In this document: one piece after another, positions 1 to 12,590 of the stretch | Layout of the letters: each line of letters begins with the position of its first letter | Numbering within the stretch: the stretch's first letter is position 1 | Source of the DNA: Thaumarchaeota archaeon CSP1-1 | GTDB lineage: Archaea; Thermoproteota; Nitrososphaeria; Nitrososphaerales; Nitrosopumilaceae | Reading direction: 5' to 3' | DNA: 32,000 nucleotides | NCBI GenBank assembly: GCA_001443365.1 | Contig: LDXL01000006.1 | Coordinates: 1 to 32,000 of the forward strand | Translations under genes and position numbers: made by a program | Notes under the pieces: generated by a model | Told to the model about the DNA's origin: nothing | Database searches by the model: none | What the model saw: only the letters and a program-made list of their open reading frames with translations

Positions 1-291
1 CCATTAAATACATGAGCTAAAATTAATCATTATATGCGATATTGAATATAATCAGAGGATTATTTTACACAAACTCATCAATGTCTCGCGATGTTTTGCG
101 TCGTACTACATCCCTGCAAAACTTGCACTCGCAAGTCACTTTCATGATATAATTACTCTATTGTATCATATAGGATGTTGTTTGAAAAAAATTAAAAACA
201 AAATCTGAAAATTTTTTTCCAAAATCTACAGCATCCGCTATCTAAAAATAAAATATGAGTCATCGTGTATAGTCTCTATGTATGTGGCTGA

Positions 292-3290
<2,999 letters not shown>

Positions 3291-3442
3291 TATACAGCCA
3301 CATATTACACGACTATACACGATGGTCATCGCTAGCTCCCTGGTAGGAGCCAGCTCCATCCTTCATCCGTCATTTTCATGACGAATTGCATTTGATGAAT
3401 TTTGTGAAGATTATTGTGCACTCCGCACAATTTCGTTTTCTA
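3291..3442 (-). other. 16S-23S internal transcribed spacer, no tRNA
   Basis: About 150 nt lie between the 16S 3' end and the 23S 5' flank, which is too short and unstructured for a tRNA. It contains hairpins cgtcat-tttc-atgacg (3368-3383) and gctagctcc-ctggta-ggagccagc (about 3331-3354). Confidence 0.7.
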
Positions 3443-4913
<1,471 letters not shown>

Positions 4914-5131
4914 CTGAATATTATTATGATTATTGAAGTACATCGTTGTACTTTTATTGGAATTGACGGAATGCACATAATCTTCACATCTCAGATAAGA
5001 TCATGTGATCATATCCTCATTTTGTATGCGTAACTGGAGGCTCGCGAATCATAAAATGGCAAATATTACCAATACTTCATCACAAGCGCCGCACTTGCGT
5101 TACGTATCAGAAGGTCGATCTTCTCAAATAC

Positions 5132-5138
5132 ATATAAA
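5132..5138. promoter_or_regulatory. Candidate TATA element (ATATAAA / TTTATAT) in the divergent region between the rRNA operon and the aminotransferase gene
   Basis: Near-palindromic TATA-like heptamer. On the minus strand it lies about 145 nt upstream of the outer 16S processing-stem arm. On the plus strand it is centred 27 nt upstream of TTG 5162. A second TATA-like ATTTTAT (minus, about 5050-5056) is an alternative rRNA promoter. Confidence 0.3.
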
Positions 5139-5161
5139 CCCTGCAGAGTATTTTTCGATCT

Positions 5162-6520
5162 TTGACGGGATTTGCGATCAATGATATATTAGAAAAAACA
5201 ATGGTAAGGTACTTGGAAGAAAATATCAAAATATACAAAAAAAAGACGCAAAATTCTGCCAGCCTATTTGAAAAATCAAAAAAATACCATGTCAATGGAG
5301 TATCACATAACATTAGATTTTTTGAGCCATACCCATTTTTTACAAAATCAGCAAAAGGGAAATTTCTAGAAGATGTTGACTCTAACAAGTATGTAGATTA
5401 TTGGATGGGTCATTGGAGTCTTATTTTGGGCCATTCGCCAAAGCCTGTAAGACAAGCCGTCAAAAAACAGCTAGGATTAGGATGGATGTATGGGACGGTA
5501 AATAAAATGACATTGGAGTTATCTGAGATAATTCAAAAAGCAGTTCCAGTGAGTGAAAAAATACGATATGTTACCTCTGGAACAGAGGCTACAATGTATG
5601 CAGTAAGATTAGCAAGATCTGTTACGCGGAAAAAAACCATTGCAAAAATTGACGGGGGCTGGCATGGATATACCTCAGATTTACTTAAAACTGTAAACTG
5701 GCCATTTGATGTTTCTGAGAGTAGTGGACTAGTTGATGAAAAACATGTGGTATCCCTACCTCTAAACGATTTAGAAAAATCCCTTGAAATTCTAAAATCA
5801 GTTAAAGATGACCTTGCTGGAACTATAATAGAACCAGTTCTTGGAGGAGGAGGATGCATTCCAGCAGAAGAGGATTATCTTAAGGGAATTCAAGAATTTG
5901 TACAAAAAAATAATTCTCTATTTATTTTAGATGAAATTGTAACAGGTTTTCGATTTAGATTTGGATGTCTTTACTCAACAATGAAGCTTGATCCCGATAT
6001 TGTCACTTTAGGAAAAATTGTTGGAGGAGGTTTTCCAGTTGGAGTAATTTGTGGAAAAAATGAGATTATGGAACATGCCAACACTACTAAACAAGGAAAA
6101 TCAGAAAGGGCATACATTGGCGGGGGAACGTTTTCTGCCAACCCCGCAACAATGGTTGCAGGACATGCAACATTATCAGCCTTGGAGAAAAAAGGAAATC
6201 CTGTTTATTCAAAAATTGACGGCCTAGGAAAAGAAGCAAGAAAACAGTTAGAAAAAGTATTTGATGGTAAAGTTATCGTTACAGGAAAGGGCTCTCTTTT
6301 CATGACACATTTTATTAAAGATGAAATTAGTCAAATCAAAAATGCCGCAGATGCAGCAAAATGTGATAATGCATTACTTCAGAGGTATCATTTTGAAATG
6401 ATTGCCAGAGATGGGATTTTCTTTTTGCCTGGAAAACTTGGTGCAATATCTAATGCTCATTCTAATTCAGATATCAAAAATATGATTAATGTCTCTAGCC
6501 GTTTTTCATCTACATTATAA
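5162..6520 (+). CDS. Class-III PLP aminotransferase, glutamate-1-semialdehyde 2,1-aminomutase-like (likely a HemL paralog)
   Basis: 452-aa ORF carrying [26 protein letters not shown] and the PLP-lysine context [16 protein letters not shown]. The N-terminal [10 protein letters not shown] replaces the canonical HemL GGVNSPVRAF, so I do not assign the hemL symbol. ATG at 5201 (MVRYLEEN...) is a more likely start than TTG 5162. Confidence 0.8.
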   Translation: MTGFAINDILEKTMVRYLEENIKIYKKKTQNSASLFEKSKKYHVNGVSHNIRFFEPYPFFTKSAKGKFLEDVDSNKYVDYWMGHWSLILGHSPKPVRQAVKKQLGLGWMYGTVNKMTLELSEIIQKAVPVSEKIRYVTSGTEATMYAVRLARSVTRKKTIAKIDGGWHGYTSDLLKTVNWPFDVSESSGLVDEKHVVSLPLNDLEKSLEILKSVKDDLAGTIIEPVLGGGGCIPAEEDYLKGIQEFVQKNNSLFILDEIVTGFRFRFGCLYSTMKLDPDIVTLGKIVGGGFPVGVICGKNEIMEHANTTKQGKSERAYIGGGTFSANPATMVAGHATLSALEKKGNPVYSKIDGLGKEARKQLEKVFDGKVIVTGKGSLFMTHFIKDEISQIKNAADAAKCDNALLQRYHFEMIARDGIFFLPGKLGAISNAHSNSDIKNMINVSSRFSSTL

Positions 6521-6575
6521 TTTTGTTAATCCAATCCCGCGAAAGGCTATTTAACTCCATATTTTCATCTCAAAT

Positions 6576-7400
6576 ATGAATAATTTAGTTATCTTTGCGT
6601 TAATGATATCGATTCTTTTTGTTCCTCTAGTTGCGAATATGGCATTTGCACAGGAGACCTATGTGATTAACATTCCAACTGGAGCAGCAGATATTACTGC
6701 ACCTTACTTTTGGCAAAGTGAAAAAGATGGAGACACTTCAGGGAAAATTGAAGTAAGAGCGTTAGATTATGTCAGATGGGAAAATGCAGATACTGCAGCC
6801 CATACAGTAACTTCTGGAACTCCAGAGGATGGACCTGATGGAATTTTTGATAGTAGTTTGTTTGCTCCAGGAAAAGATTTCCAATATCAATTCACGATAG
6901 GTGGAAATTATGAGTACTTTTGTCTAGTACATCCTTGGATGACTGGAGTTGTAATCGTAACATCAGAGTTACAGATTATTCCAAATGTTGGTGCCAAGGC
7001 AGGGGATGGAAAAACCACATTTAATGTAGAGTATGAATTTAACAGAATGATTGCTTCTGCAACAATTGACGAAGAACAAAATGCCATAACTTTTGAAATT
7101 GTAGGAAAAGCAAAAAGTGAAGATCATACTTTATCGTTAATGCTTCCAAAAGATTTGATCAGCGAACCACGTGTTATTTGGGTGGATGGTAAACAAATCT
7201 CAGATTTCGAAATTACATCAGAAGGTGGAATTAATGAAGTAGTAATTCCTCTGGATGAAAAATCAGAGAGGCTAACTATTGTTGGAGCATCTGTTATTCC
7301 AGAATTTGGAGCAATTACCATGGCAATACTAGCAATTGGGGTGTTGAGTTTTATAGCACTAACATTTAAAACACAAAAAATTAGCATGCCAAAACTCTAA
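6576..7400 (+). CDS. Secreted blue-copper (cupredoxin) protein with C-terminal PEFG-type sorting signal
   Basis: N-terminal signal or anchor (MNNLVIFALMISILFVPLVANMAFA). Type-1 Cu ligand pattern H (AAHTVTSG) ... C-x2-H-x2-M (YFCLVHPWMTG). The C-terminus is VIPEFG followed by a hydrophobic helix and a basic tail. Confidence 0.85.
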   Translation: MNNLVIFALMISILFVPLVANMAFAQETYVINIPTGAADITAPYFWQSEKDGDTSGKIEVRALDYVRWENADTAAHTVTSGTPEDGPDGIFDSSLFAPGKDFQYQFTIGGNYEYFCLVHPWMTGVVIVTSELQIIPNVGAKAGDGKTTFNVEYEFNRMIASATIDEEQNAITFEIVGKAKSEDHTLSLMLPKDLISEPRVIWVDGKQISDFEITSEGGINEVVIPLDEKSERLTIVGASVIPEFGAITMAILAIGVLSFIALTFKTQKISMPKL

Positions 7401-7536
7401 CCGTTTCTTAATTATAGAAAAATCTCTTATTTCAATTTCGCTAAATCACTTTACAATTTGAAAATCAAAATGAATTAATGAATGTCATAATTTCTCAATC
7501 AACTTTAAGTAAAAGTCTGCAAATAATTTCAAGCAA

Positions 7537-7872
7537 CTAAATTTCTCCTTTTTGAAGTACTTGTTTTAAGTGGTTAAAGAGTCGTTGTTTTCTTACTATG
7601 ATCCTGTTTTTCATTTCAGATTCCAGGTCGTCAATACTACTTGACTTTCCTCGTAATATGCTTTCAAGGCGTGACTTGTATTGTACATCAAGAAAGCCTT
7701 CCATTTCTATCCAGTCTTTGAATTTTTGTTGGGCTACTAGCTCATCCATAGAATCATCAAGCCTGTTTAGAATCTCCGATAGAGTTTCCTCATCAACTAC
7801 CATGACAAAATAAATGGTTCCAATATCAAAAGTGTTCTGTTTTTCTTTACAATAATCGGTAAATTTTGACAA
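7537..7872 (-). CDS. Hypothetical protein (acidic, helical)
   Basis: 111-aa ORF with a TTG start and coding-like composition. No motif recognised. Confidence 0.55.
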   Translation of the reverse strand: MSKFTDYCKEKQNTFDIGTIYFVMVVDEETLSEILNRLDDSMDELVAQQKFKDWIEMEGFLDVQYKSRLESILRGKSSSIDDLESEMKNRIIVRKQRLFNHLKQVLQKGEI

Positions 7873-7904
7873 GTCTTAATATACACAGATTAACTCCTAA
7901 AATC

Positions 7905-8012
7905 ATGAAATATTGCCATGATTGTTTAACTCCAATTAATCGTGATTCAAAAGAAGAGTATTGTACTTTTTGTAAAAGAGATAGAGCCCTTAAAGAAAGC
8001 TCTATAGCTTAG
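7905..8012 (+). CDS. Small zinc-ribbon protein (35 aa), not in the ORF track
   Basis: Translates to MKYCHDCLTPINRDSKEEYCTFCKRDRALKESSIA, giving CxxC-x13-CxxC. TTAATATA lies 22-29 nt upstream of the ATG. A close paralog at 31037-31150 differs partly by synonymous changes. Confidence 0.6.
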   Translation: MKYCHDCLTPINRDSKEEYCTFCKRDRALKESSIA

Positions 8013-8223
8013 GACTCTGATTTTCTAGTTAAACTAACAAATGTTTAGTTTGTATCATTTCTTAGCGTCAACTTTCATGCCTAAAACCCCTTATTCGTTT
8101 AGCATCCTTTTCCCTTACTTTACATTAATATCAAGAAGATAAGAAAAGAAATTACAGATGAATCTACTTTGAAGATAAGCTTCACTTGTGGCTTGAAAGT
8201 TCGAGATTTGTTAAAGCCAAAAG

Positions 8224-8787
8224 ATGATGCCTCAATCTAAACCATTAATCAGCATAGTTAATGTTGTTGCATCAGCAACAATTGATCAACGACTGGACCT
8301 AAAGGATATAACAAAAAAATTTCCTGATGTAGAATGGAACCCAGACCAGTTTCCAGGAGCTGTTTTTAGATTAAAAAACCCAAAGACTGCTACATTGCTT
8401 TTCCGTACAGGAAAGATGGTATGTACTGGCGCAAAATCCGAAGAGATGGCAAGAAAGGCAGTAAGTAACGTAGTGAAACTTTTGAGAAAGGGTAAAATCA
8501 AGATAAAAAACGAAGCGACGGTGACAATTCAAAACATTGTAGCGTCTATTAACCTTGGGGGTAGAGTTCACTTGGAAAAAGCTGCAAGAAGCTTGCCAAG
8601 AAGTATGTACGAGCCGGAACAATTTCCTGGTTTAATCCACAGAATGCTTGACCCTAAAACTGTCATCTTGATTTTTTCTTCTGGCAAATTAGTATGCACA
8701 GGTGGCAGAACCGAAAAGGATGTCTATCGTTCGGTTAACAATCTTCATAGTATGTTAGAGGAAAAGAACCTCATGATTTATGACTAG
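8224..8787 (+). CDS. tbp: TATA-box binding protein
   Basis: Two TBP-fold repeats: VNVVASATIDQRLDL...FPGAVFRLKNPKTATLLFRTGKMVCTGAKS and IQNIVASINLGGRVHL...FPGLIHRMLDPKTVILIFSSGKLVCTGG. Confidence 0.95.
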   Translation: MMPQSKPLISIVNVVASATIDQRLDLKDITKKFPDVEWNPDQFPGAVFRLKNPKTATLLFRTGKMVCTGAKSEEMARKAVSNVVKLLRKGKIKIKNEATVTIQNIVASINLGGRVHLEKAARSLPRSMYEPEQFPGLIHRMLDPKTVILIFSSGKLVCTGGRTEKDVYRSVNNLHSMLEEKNLMIYD

Positions 8788-8863
8788 GGGATATTTTTGG
8801 AGTAACCACTTTCCAACAAATCATACGTTAGTTTCCCTTTGGTAAGACCACTTTTTTAGGCGC

Positions 8864-8887
8864 AAAAGGGGGGGACTGCCTTTTTAT
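8864..8887 (+). repeat. Copy A of a shared 3'-flank motif AAAAGGGGGGGACTGCCTTTTTAT
   Basis: Imperfect match to 10678-10699. It can fold as AAAAGG / CCTTTT around a G-rich loop and is followed by a T tract. It lies about 80 nt after the tbp stop. Confidence 0.4.
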
Positions 8888-8958
8888 TGATTGTCGATAA
8901 ACTCGTTTGCAGTTAATCTAAAAATTCTTAATTTCTAGTTTAATCAAGAAATTGGTAG

Positions 8959-9111
8959 ATGGGAAATAATTATGACCATTTAGCATCACTCAAAGACAAG
9001 GAATTTACAATTTTAGAAAAATTATCCAAAAATGACACTACAGAAAGTGAAAAAAATCAATTGATTAAAGAGTTAGAACAAGTTCGAGAAGAAATTGCAA
9101 GACTTAGATAG
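8959..9111 (+). CDS. Possible small coiled-coil protein (50 aa), not in the ORF track
   Basis: ATG-initiated ORF MGNNYDHLASLKDKEFTILEKLSKNDTTESEKNQLIKELEQVREEIARLR. Its stop lies 1 nt before ATG 9113 of the next gene, an operon-like coupling. Confidence 0.35.
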   Translation: MGNNYDHLASLKDKEFTILEKLSKNDTTESEKNQLIKELEQVREEIARLR

Positions 9112-9112
9112 A

Positions 9113-9340
9113 ATGGACAAGCAAGGATGGCCGCTTACCATCATAATCATAGTAGCAGCAGTTGGAATCTCGATTTTTCTTTGGTCTATAGGAATTTACT
9201 TTTTCTTTTTACCAATCATTTTTTTGCCATTTCTAAGATATTTCAAGTTCAAATCTAGGAAAATTAAAACAAAGGTCTGTTTAGTGTGTGATCTGAGTTC
9301 AGATGGAAACTATTGTCCTAGATGTGGCGCAAAGTTATAG
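9113..9340 (+). CDS. Small membrane protein with C-terminal zinc ribbon
   Basis: MDKQGW followed by two hydrophobic helices, then CLVCDLSSDGNYCPRCGAKL. The ORF track begins at TTG 9095; ATG 9113 is more likely. Confidence 0.55.
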   Translation: MDKQGWPLTIIIIVAAVGISIFLWSIGIYFFFLPIIFLPFLRYFKFKSRKIKTKVCLVCDLSSDGNYCPRCGAKL

Positions 9341-9499
9341 CTAATTTTCATTTTGCTAAATTACTTTAGAATATGAAATTTCTAAATTAGATTAAACAAA
9401 AATGGAAAGCCTCCAGTTTGTGCCTAGAAAATTCGGATAACTAATGACATATCAGAAGGTATGATTTGTTGGAGAAATAAAAAAAAGAATGTAATTGAG

Positions 9500-9931
9500 T
9501 TAGTTTCTTATATTCTTGAATGAAGTGAACCAGGACTCAACTATATTATTATAGAAATCTGCAAATGCTTCTGCAGATTCATAAAACGATTTTACGTTGT
9601 CTTCTGTAACATCAAGGGCTGCATTGACATACTGTTCCTGGATTTGGCCTACTTTGATCAATCTATCGGTTGCTTTATCGATAGTCTTGGTCGAAGCCTC
9701 AGGAATCTGTGTGTTTATTTGTGCTTTTTGTGAGTATTTTCTTTGAACATCGAAGACTGCTTCTACAGTATTTCTCCAGGTGTTAAGAAATGTTTTTTGG
9801 TAGTTTATCACAGATTGAAAGTACTGTGGTACTGTTCTTTCTGCCTCGCTGAAATATTTGCCAAAGTTTTTCTGGCATACTTCGTAAGCATCTCTTCCTT
9901 GATGAGTTGTTTGTTTGCTCATATTTACCAT
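9500..9931 (-). CDS. Hypothetical all-helical protein
   Basis: 143-aa ORF with coding-like composition and no motif recognised. Alternative start MSKQ at 9922. Confidence 0.55.
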   Translation of the reverse strand: MVNMSKQTTHQGRDAYEVCQKNFGKYFSEAERTVPQYFQSVINYQKTFLNTWRNTVEAVFDVQRKYSQKAQINTQIPEASTKTIDKATDRLIKVGQIQEQYVNAALDVTEDNVKSFYESAEAFADFYNNIVESWFTSFKNIRN

Positions 9932-9976
9932 CTATTGGTATTAGTATATATATGTATTGGTAATAATTGGTAATGA

Positions 9977-10309
9977 ATGGTAATGATAACCAAAGTTTAT
10001 AAATTCCAAAACAAGTGTTACCTTAGTATGGCGGCTTACAGAAAAGGCTCACAGATAGTAGTTGATTTGCTTACAGCAACTCAACAGTCAGGACAAGAGG
10101 GAATTAAGACAACACACCTGCTGGCAAAAGCTAATCTCCCGCATTCAAGATTAGCAAAATTTGTTGAAAATTTGACAGGTGCTGGCCTGATTAATAAAAT
10201 TGAATATGATGGAAAAAACACATTTGTAATTACACCAAAAGGCAGACAATACCTGGAGTCATATGAAAAGTTTGCAAATTTTGTGGAATCTTTTGGACTA
10301 GATCTCTAA
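9977..10309 (+). CDS. Winged-helix DNA-binding protein (archaeal COG3432-like predicted regulator)
   Basis: Pattern IVVDLL...G..TTHLLAKANLPHSRLAKFVENLTGAGLINKIEYDGKNTFVITPKGRQYLESYEKF is typical of small archaeal wHTH regulators. The probable start is ATG 10028. Confidence 0.6.
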   Translation: MVMITKVYKFQNKCYLSMAAYRKGSQIVVDLLTATQQSGQEGIKTTHLLAKANLPHSRLAKFVENLTGAGLINKIEYDGKNTFVITPKGRQYLESYEKFANFVESFGLDL

Positions 10310-10323
10310 AAGTTAGTTGATAT

Positions 10324-10677
10324 ATGCCTATTATACGATCACGTTTTAAACATAGAACAGTAGTGTCTAATGTACGAATATGTGTTGACTGTGGGAGTAC
10401 TTTAACTGACATAAACTACAAGAGCATTACATGTAGAGATTGTGGAACCGTTAGGCATTTTGATGATACTCCTCATAAGCCTGGTTTCAAGAAGGGCGAT
10501 CTAGTAAGGATAATTGATTCTGAGAAAAATTCAGATATAATATACAAAATAAAAAAGACGAAAAAATCTCATGATGGTACTAAGATGTACCTGCTCAAAT
10601 CAAAATCAAGTAAAATTTCGCTTCTTTATTATGAAAGTACCGATTCCTATCTAGAAAAAGTAGATTTTTACGCGTGA
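10324..10677 (+). CDS. Zinc-ribbon protein with lysine-rich beta C-terminal domain
   Basis: CVDCGSTLTDINYKSITCRDCG (CxxC-x14-CxxC) followed by KKGDLVRIID.... It ends at TGA 10675-10677; the frame then stays open to 10836 (see findings). Confidence 0.55.
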   Translation: MPIIRSRFKHRTVVSNVRICVDCGSTLTDINYKSITCRDCGTVRHFDDTPHKPGFKKGDLVRIIDSEKNSDIIYKIKKTKKSHDGTKMYLLKSKSSKISLLYYESTDSYLEKVDFYA

Positions 10678-10699
10678 AAGGGGGAGTGCCTTTTTTATC
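10678..10699 (+). repeat. Copy B of the shared 3'-flank motif AAAGGGGGAGTGCCTTTTTTAT
   Basis: Starts immediately after the TGA of the 10324-10677 gene. Potential stem AAAGG / CCTTT plus a T tract, followed by inverted repeat tatcgac-N11-gtcgata (10696-10720). Confidence 0.4.
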
Positions 10700-10825
10700 G
10701 ACAAAGAAGAGAGTCGATAGTTATTCCACGTAGCAGCTCAGCATTAAAGATCTTGCAATATGCAAGAGATGAGGCCCACCGTTTTGGTATTACATATAAC
10801 AGGAATCTTCGTAAATTAAGTAAGA

Positions 10826-11485
10826 TTGAAAACTAGTCTTCAAAACTTAATTTGGCCTTCAATGTCATTAGTAAAAGTAAAACAACTTCAAGAAAAATTA
10901 GCTTTAAAAGTAATTACAAAAAATGTTCTACCCTTAAAAATTATTAAAGTGTGCGGTGTTGATGTATCATACAAAGATAATATTGCATATGGTGCTGCAG
11001 TGATTCTTGATAGAAATAAGAAAGAGGTTATTGAAGTTACTAAATCAACCCTAAAGGTTACGTCTCCATACATTCCAGGCTTGTTTGTATTAAGAGAGGC
11101 AAGACCTATTCTGAAAACATTAGATAAACTAACTAAAGATTTTGATCTGCTTTTAATTGATGGCAATGGGCAGCTACATCCTAGAAGATGTGGTCTTGCA
11201 TGTTACATAGGACTTGTTCTTGACAAACCGGTAATAGGAGTTGCAAAAAACCTATTGTGTGGCAAAGTAAAGAGTGACAAAACTGTAGAATATGAAGGAA
11301 AAATTATTGGGTATGAAATCAATCACAAAGGAAAGAAAATCTATGTCAGTGTAGGACATAAAGTTAGCCTCAAAAAGTCCGTTAGCATTGTCAAAGGACT
11401 TCTTGGCAAAAATTGGCTGCCAGAACCTCTCCGTTTAGCTGATGTATATTCAAAAATTCATTCAAAAACGAATCATTGTTACTGA
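10826..11485 (+). CDS. nfi: Endonuclease V
   Basis: VCGVDVSY..., PYIPGLFVLREARP, LLLIDGNGQLHPRRCGLACYIGL, VIGVAKNLL. The likely start is ATG 10862 (MSLVKVKQLQ). Confidence 0.9.
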   Translation: MKTSLQNLIWPSMSLVKVKQLQEKLALKVITKNVLPLKIIKVCGVDVSYKDNIAYGAAVILDRNKKEVIEVTKSTLKVTSPYIPGLFVLREARPILKTLDKLTKDFDLLLIDGNGQLHPRRCGLACYIGLVLDKPVIGVAKNLLCGKVKSDKTVEYEGKIIGYEINHKGKKIYVSVGHKVSLKKSVSIVKGLLGKNWLPEPLRLADVYSKIHSKTNHCY

Positions 11486-11577
11486 TGAATTAATGGGGGT
11501 CATTTTTACTTTCATGAAAATTCTTAATTCTGCAATGATATGTGTTCTTATACTATTTCAGATAAAAATAATGAGAT

Positions 11578-11724
11578 ATGAAAGAAAATAAATCAAAAAA
11601 ACTCACGAACACAAAAAAAGAATATGAGGATGTACTAGCATCTGATGATCCTACAAAAATTTCTGAGAAAGATTTACAAGAATTAGCAAAAGAATCAATA
11701 AAGAAATTCAAATCTCTTAGTTAG
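11578..11724 (+). CDS. Possible small lysine-rich protein (48 aa), not in the ORF track
   Basis: ATG ORF MKENKSKKLTNTKKEYEDVLASDDPTKISEKDLQELAKESIKKFKSLS in an otherwise empty 280-nt gap. No homology recognised. Confidence 0.25.
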   Translation: MKENKSKKLTNTKKEYEDVLASDDPTKISEKDLQELAKESIKKFKSLS

Positions 11725-11768
11725 CCAAACCCAAACTTTCATTATCTGGATTAAAAATAAAATATATT

Positions 11769-12590
11769 ATGATATTGTTTGGCAAGCCAAAAGAGCCTGA
11801 AGATGTAATTTATCAGGCAATGTCATTTCTAGAAAAAAATCAGCCAAAAGCTGCCATAGTACTATTCAATCAAGCACTCAAGGCTGATCCAAAAAATATC
11901 GAGGCACTATACAACAAAGGACTGGCACTTAATCAGATTCGAAAATATCAGGACGCTATAACCTCGTTTGATAAGGTTCTTGAAATTAAACCAGATGATG
12001 CTCCGTCTCTTAATAATCGCGCAATATCGTTAGGTGAATTGGGAAATACTGAAGATGCTCTAAAATATTATGACAAAGCTATAGAATCGGATTCAAAGTA
12101 TTCGGCTGCCTACTATAACAAGGGCGTACTTTATGACAAGCTTGGAAAACAGGAAGATTCCCTTAGATGCCTTGATGAAGCAATAAAGATAGATCCAAAA
12201 AATTCAAGCTCACGTTTTTACAAAGGAATTGTTTTAGGCAAATTAAAAAGACATGAGGAAGCATTGAACTGCTTTTCAAATATTTGTAATTCGTATCCTA
12301 GACACATGGATGCGTTATTTCATAAAGGAATAGAGATAGCAGAACTAGGTAAACATAAACAAGCAATAGAGATTTTTGATAAACTTTTAACAGAACACAA
12401 AAACAATGTTAATGTAATTTATGCAAAATCTAGAAGCAAAGCAGCTCTAGGCGAAATAGACCAATCATTAGATTTGCTAAAACAAGCAATTTCACAAAAT
12501 CCCAAAGTAATTAAAAAATGGGCTAAACAAGAAACAGTTTTTGAGAAGATTCAAGATGATGAAAGATTTAAGAAAATTACAGGACATTGA
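11769..12590 (+). CDS. Tetratricopeptide (TPR) repeat protein
   Basis: About seven consecutive 34-aa units with the A..YNKG.AL..L.KY.EA...FDKA.E.DP pattern. Confidence 0.85.
   Translation: MILFGKPKEPEDVIYQAMSFLEKNQPKAAIVLFNQALKADPKNIEALYNKGLALNQIRKYQDAITSFDKVLEIKPDDAPSLNNRAISLGELGNTEDALKYYDKAIESDSKYSAAYYNKGVLYDKLGKQEDSLRCLDEAIKIDPKNSSSRFYKGIVLGKLKRHEEALNCFSNICNSYPRHMDALFHKGIEIAELGKHKQAIEIFDKLLTEHKNNVNVIYAKSRSKAALGEIDQSLDLLKQAISQNPKVIKKWAKQETVFEKIQDDERFKKITGH

Noticed and set aside
5056-5184. 42-codon plus-strand ATG ORF in the rRNA-leader / promoter region
   Set aside because: It has no motif, overlaps the predicted rRNA leader and TATA element, and shows a composition shift due to a GC-rich hairpin (cgca-ct-tgcg).
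5107-5388. 93-aa minus-strand ORF overlapping the start of the aminotransferase gene
   Set aside because: It is antisense to a well-supported CDS and runs into the rRNA promoter region. The translation is low-complexity and Phe/Ile-rich.
8788-10826. The tbp-nfi cassette considered as a mobile element or provirus remnant
   Set aside because: It has no integrase, transposase, terminal inverted repeats or tRNA target. The flanking repeat is short and doubles as a terminator-like hairpin. I kept it only as a low-interest finding.
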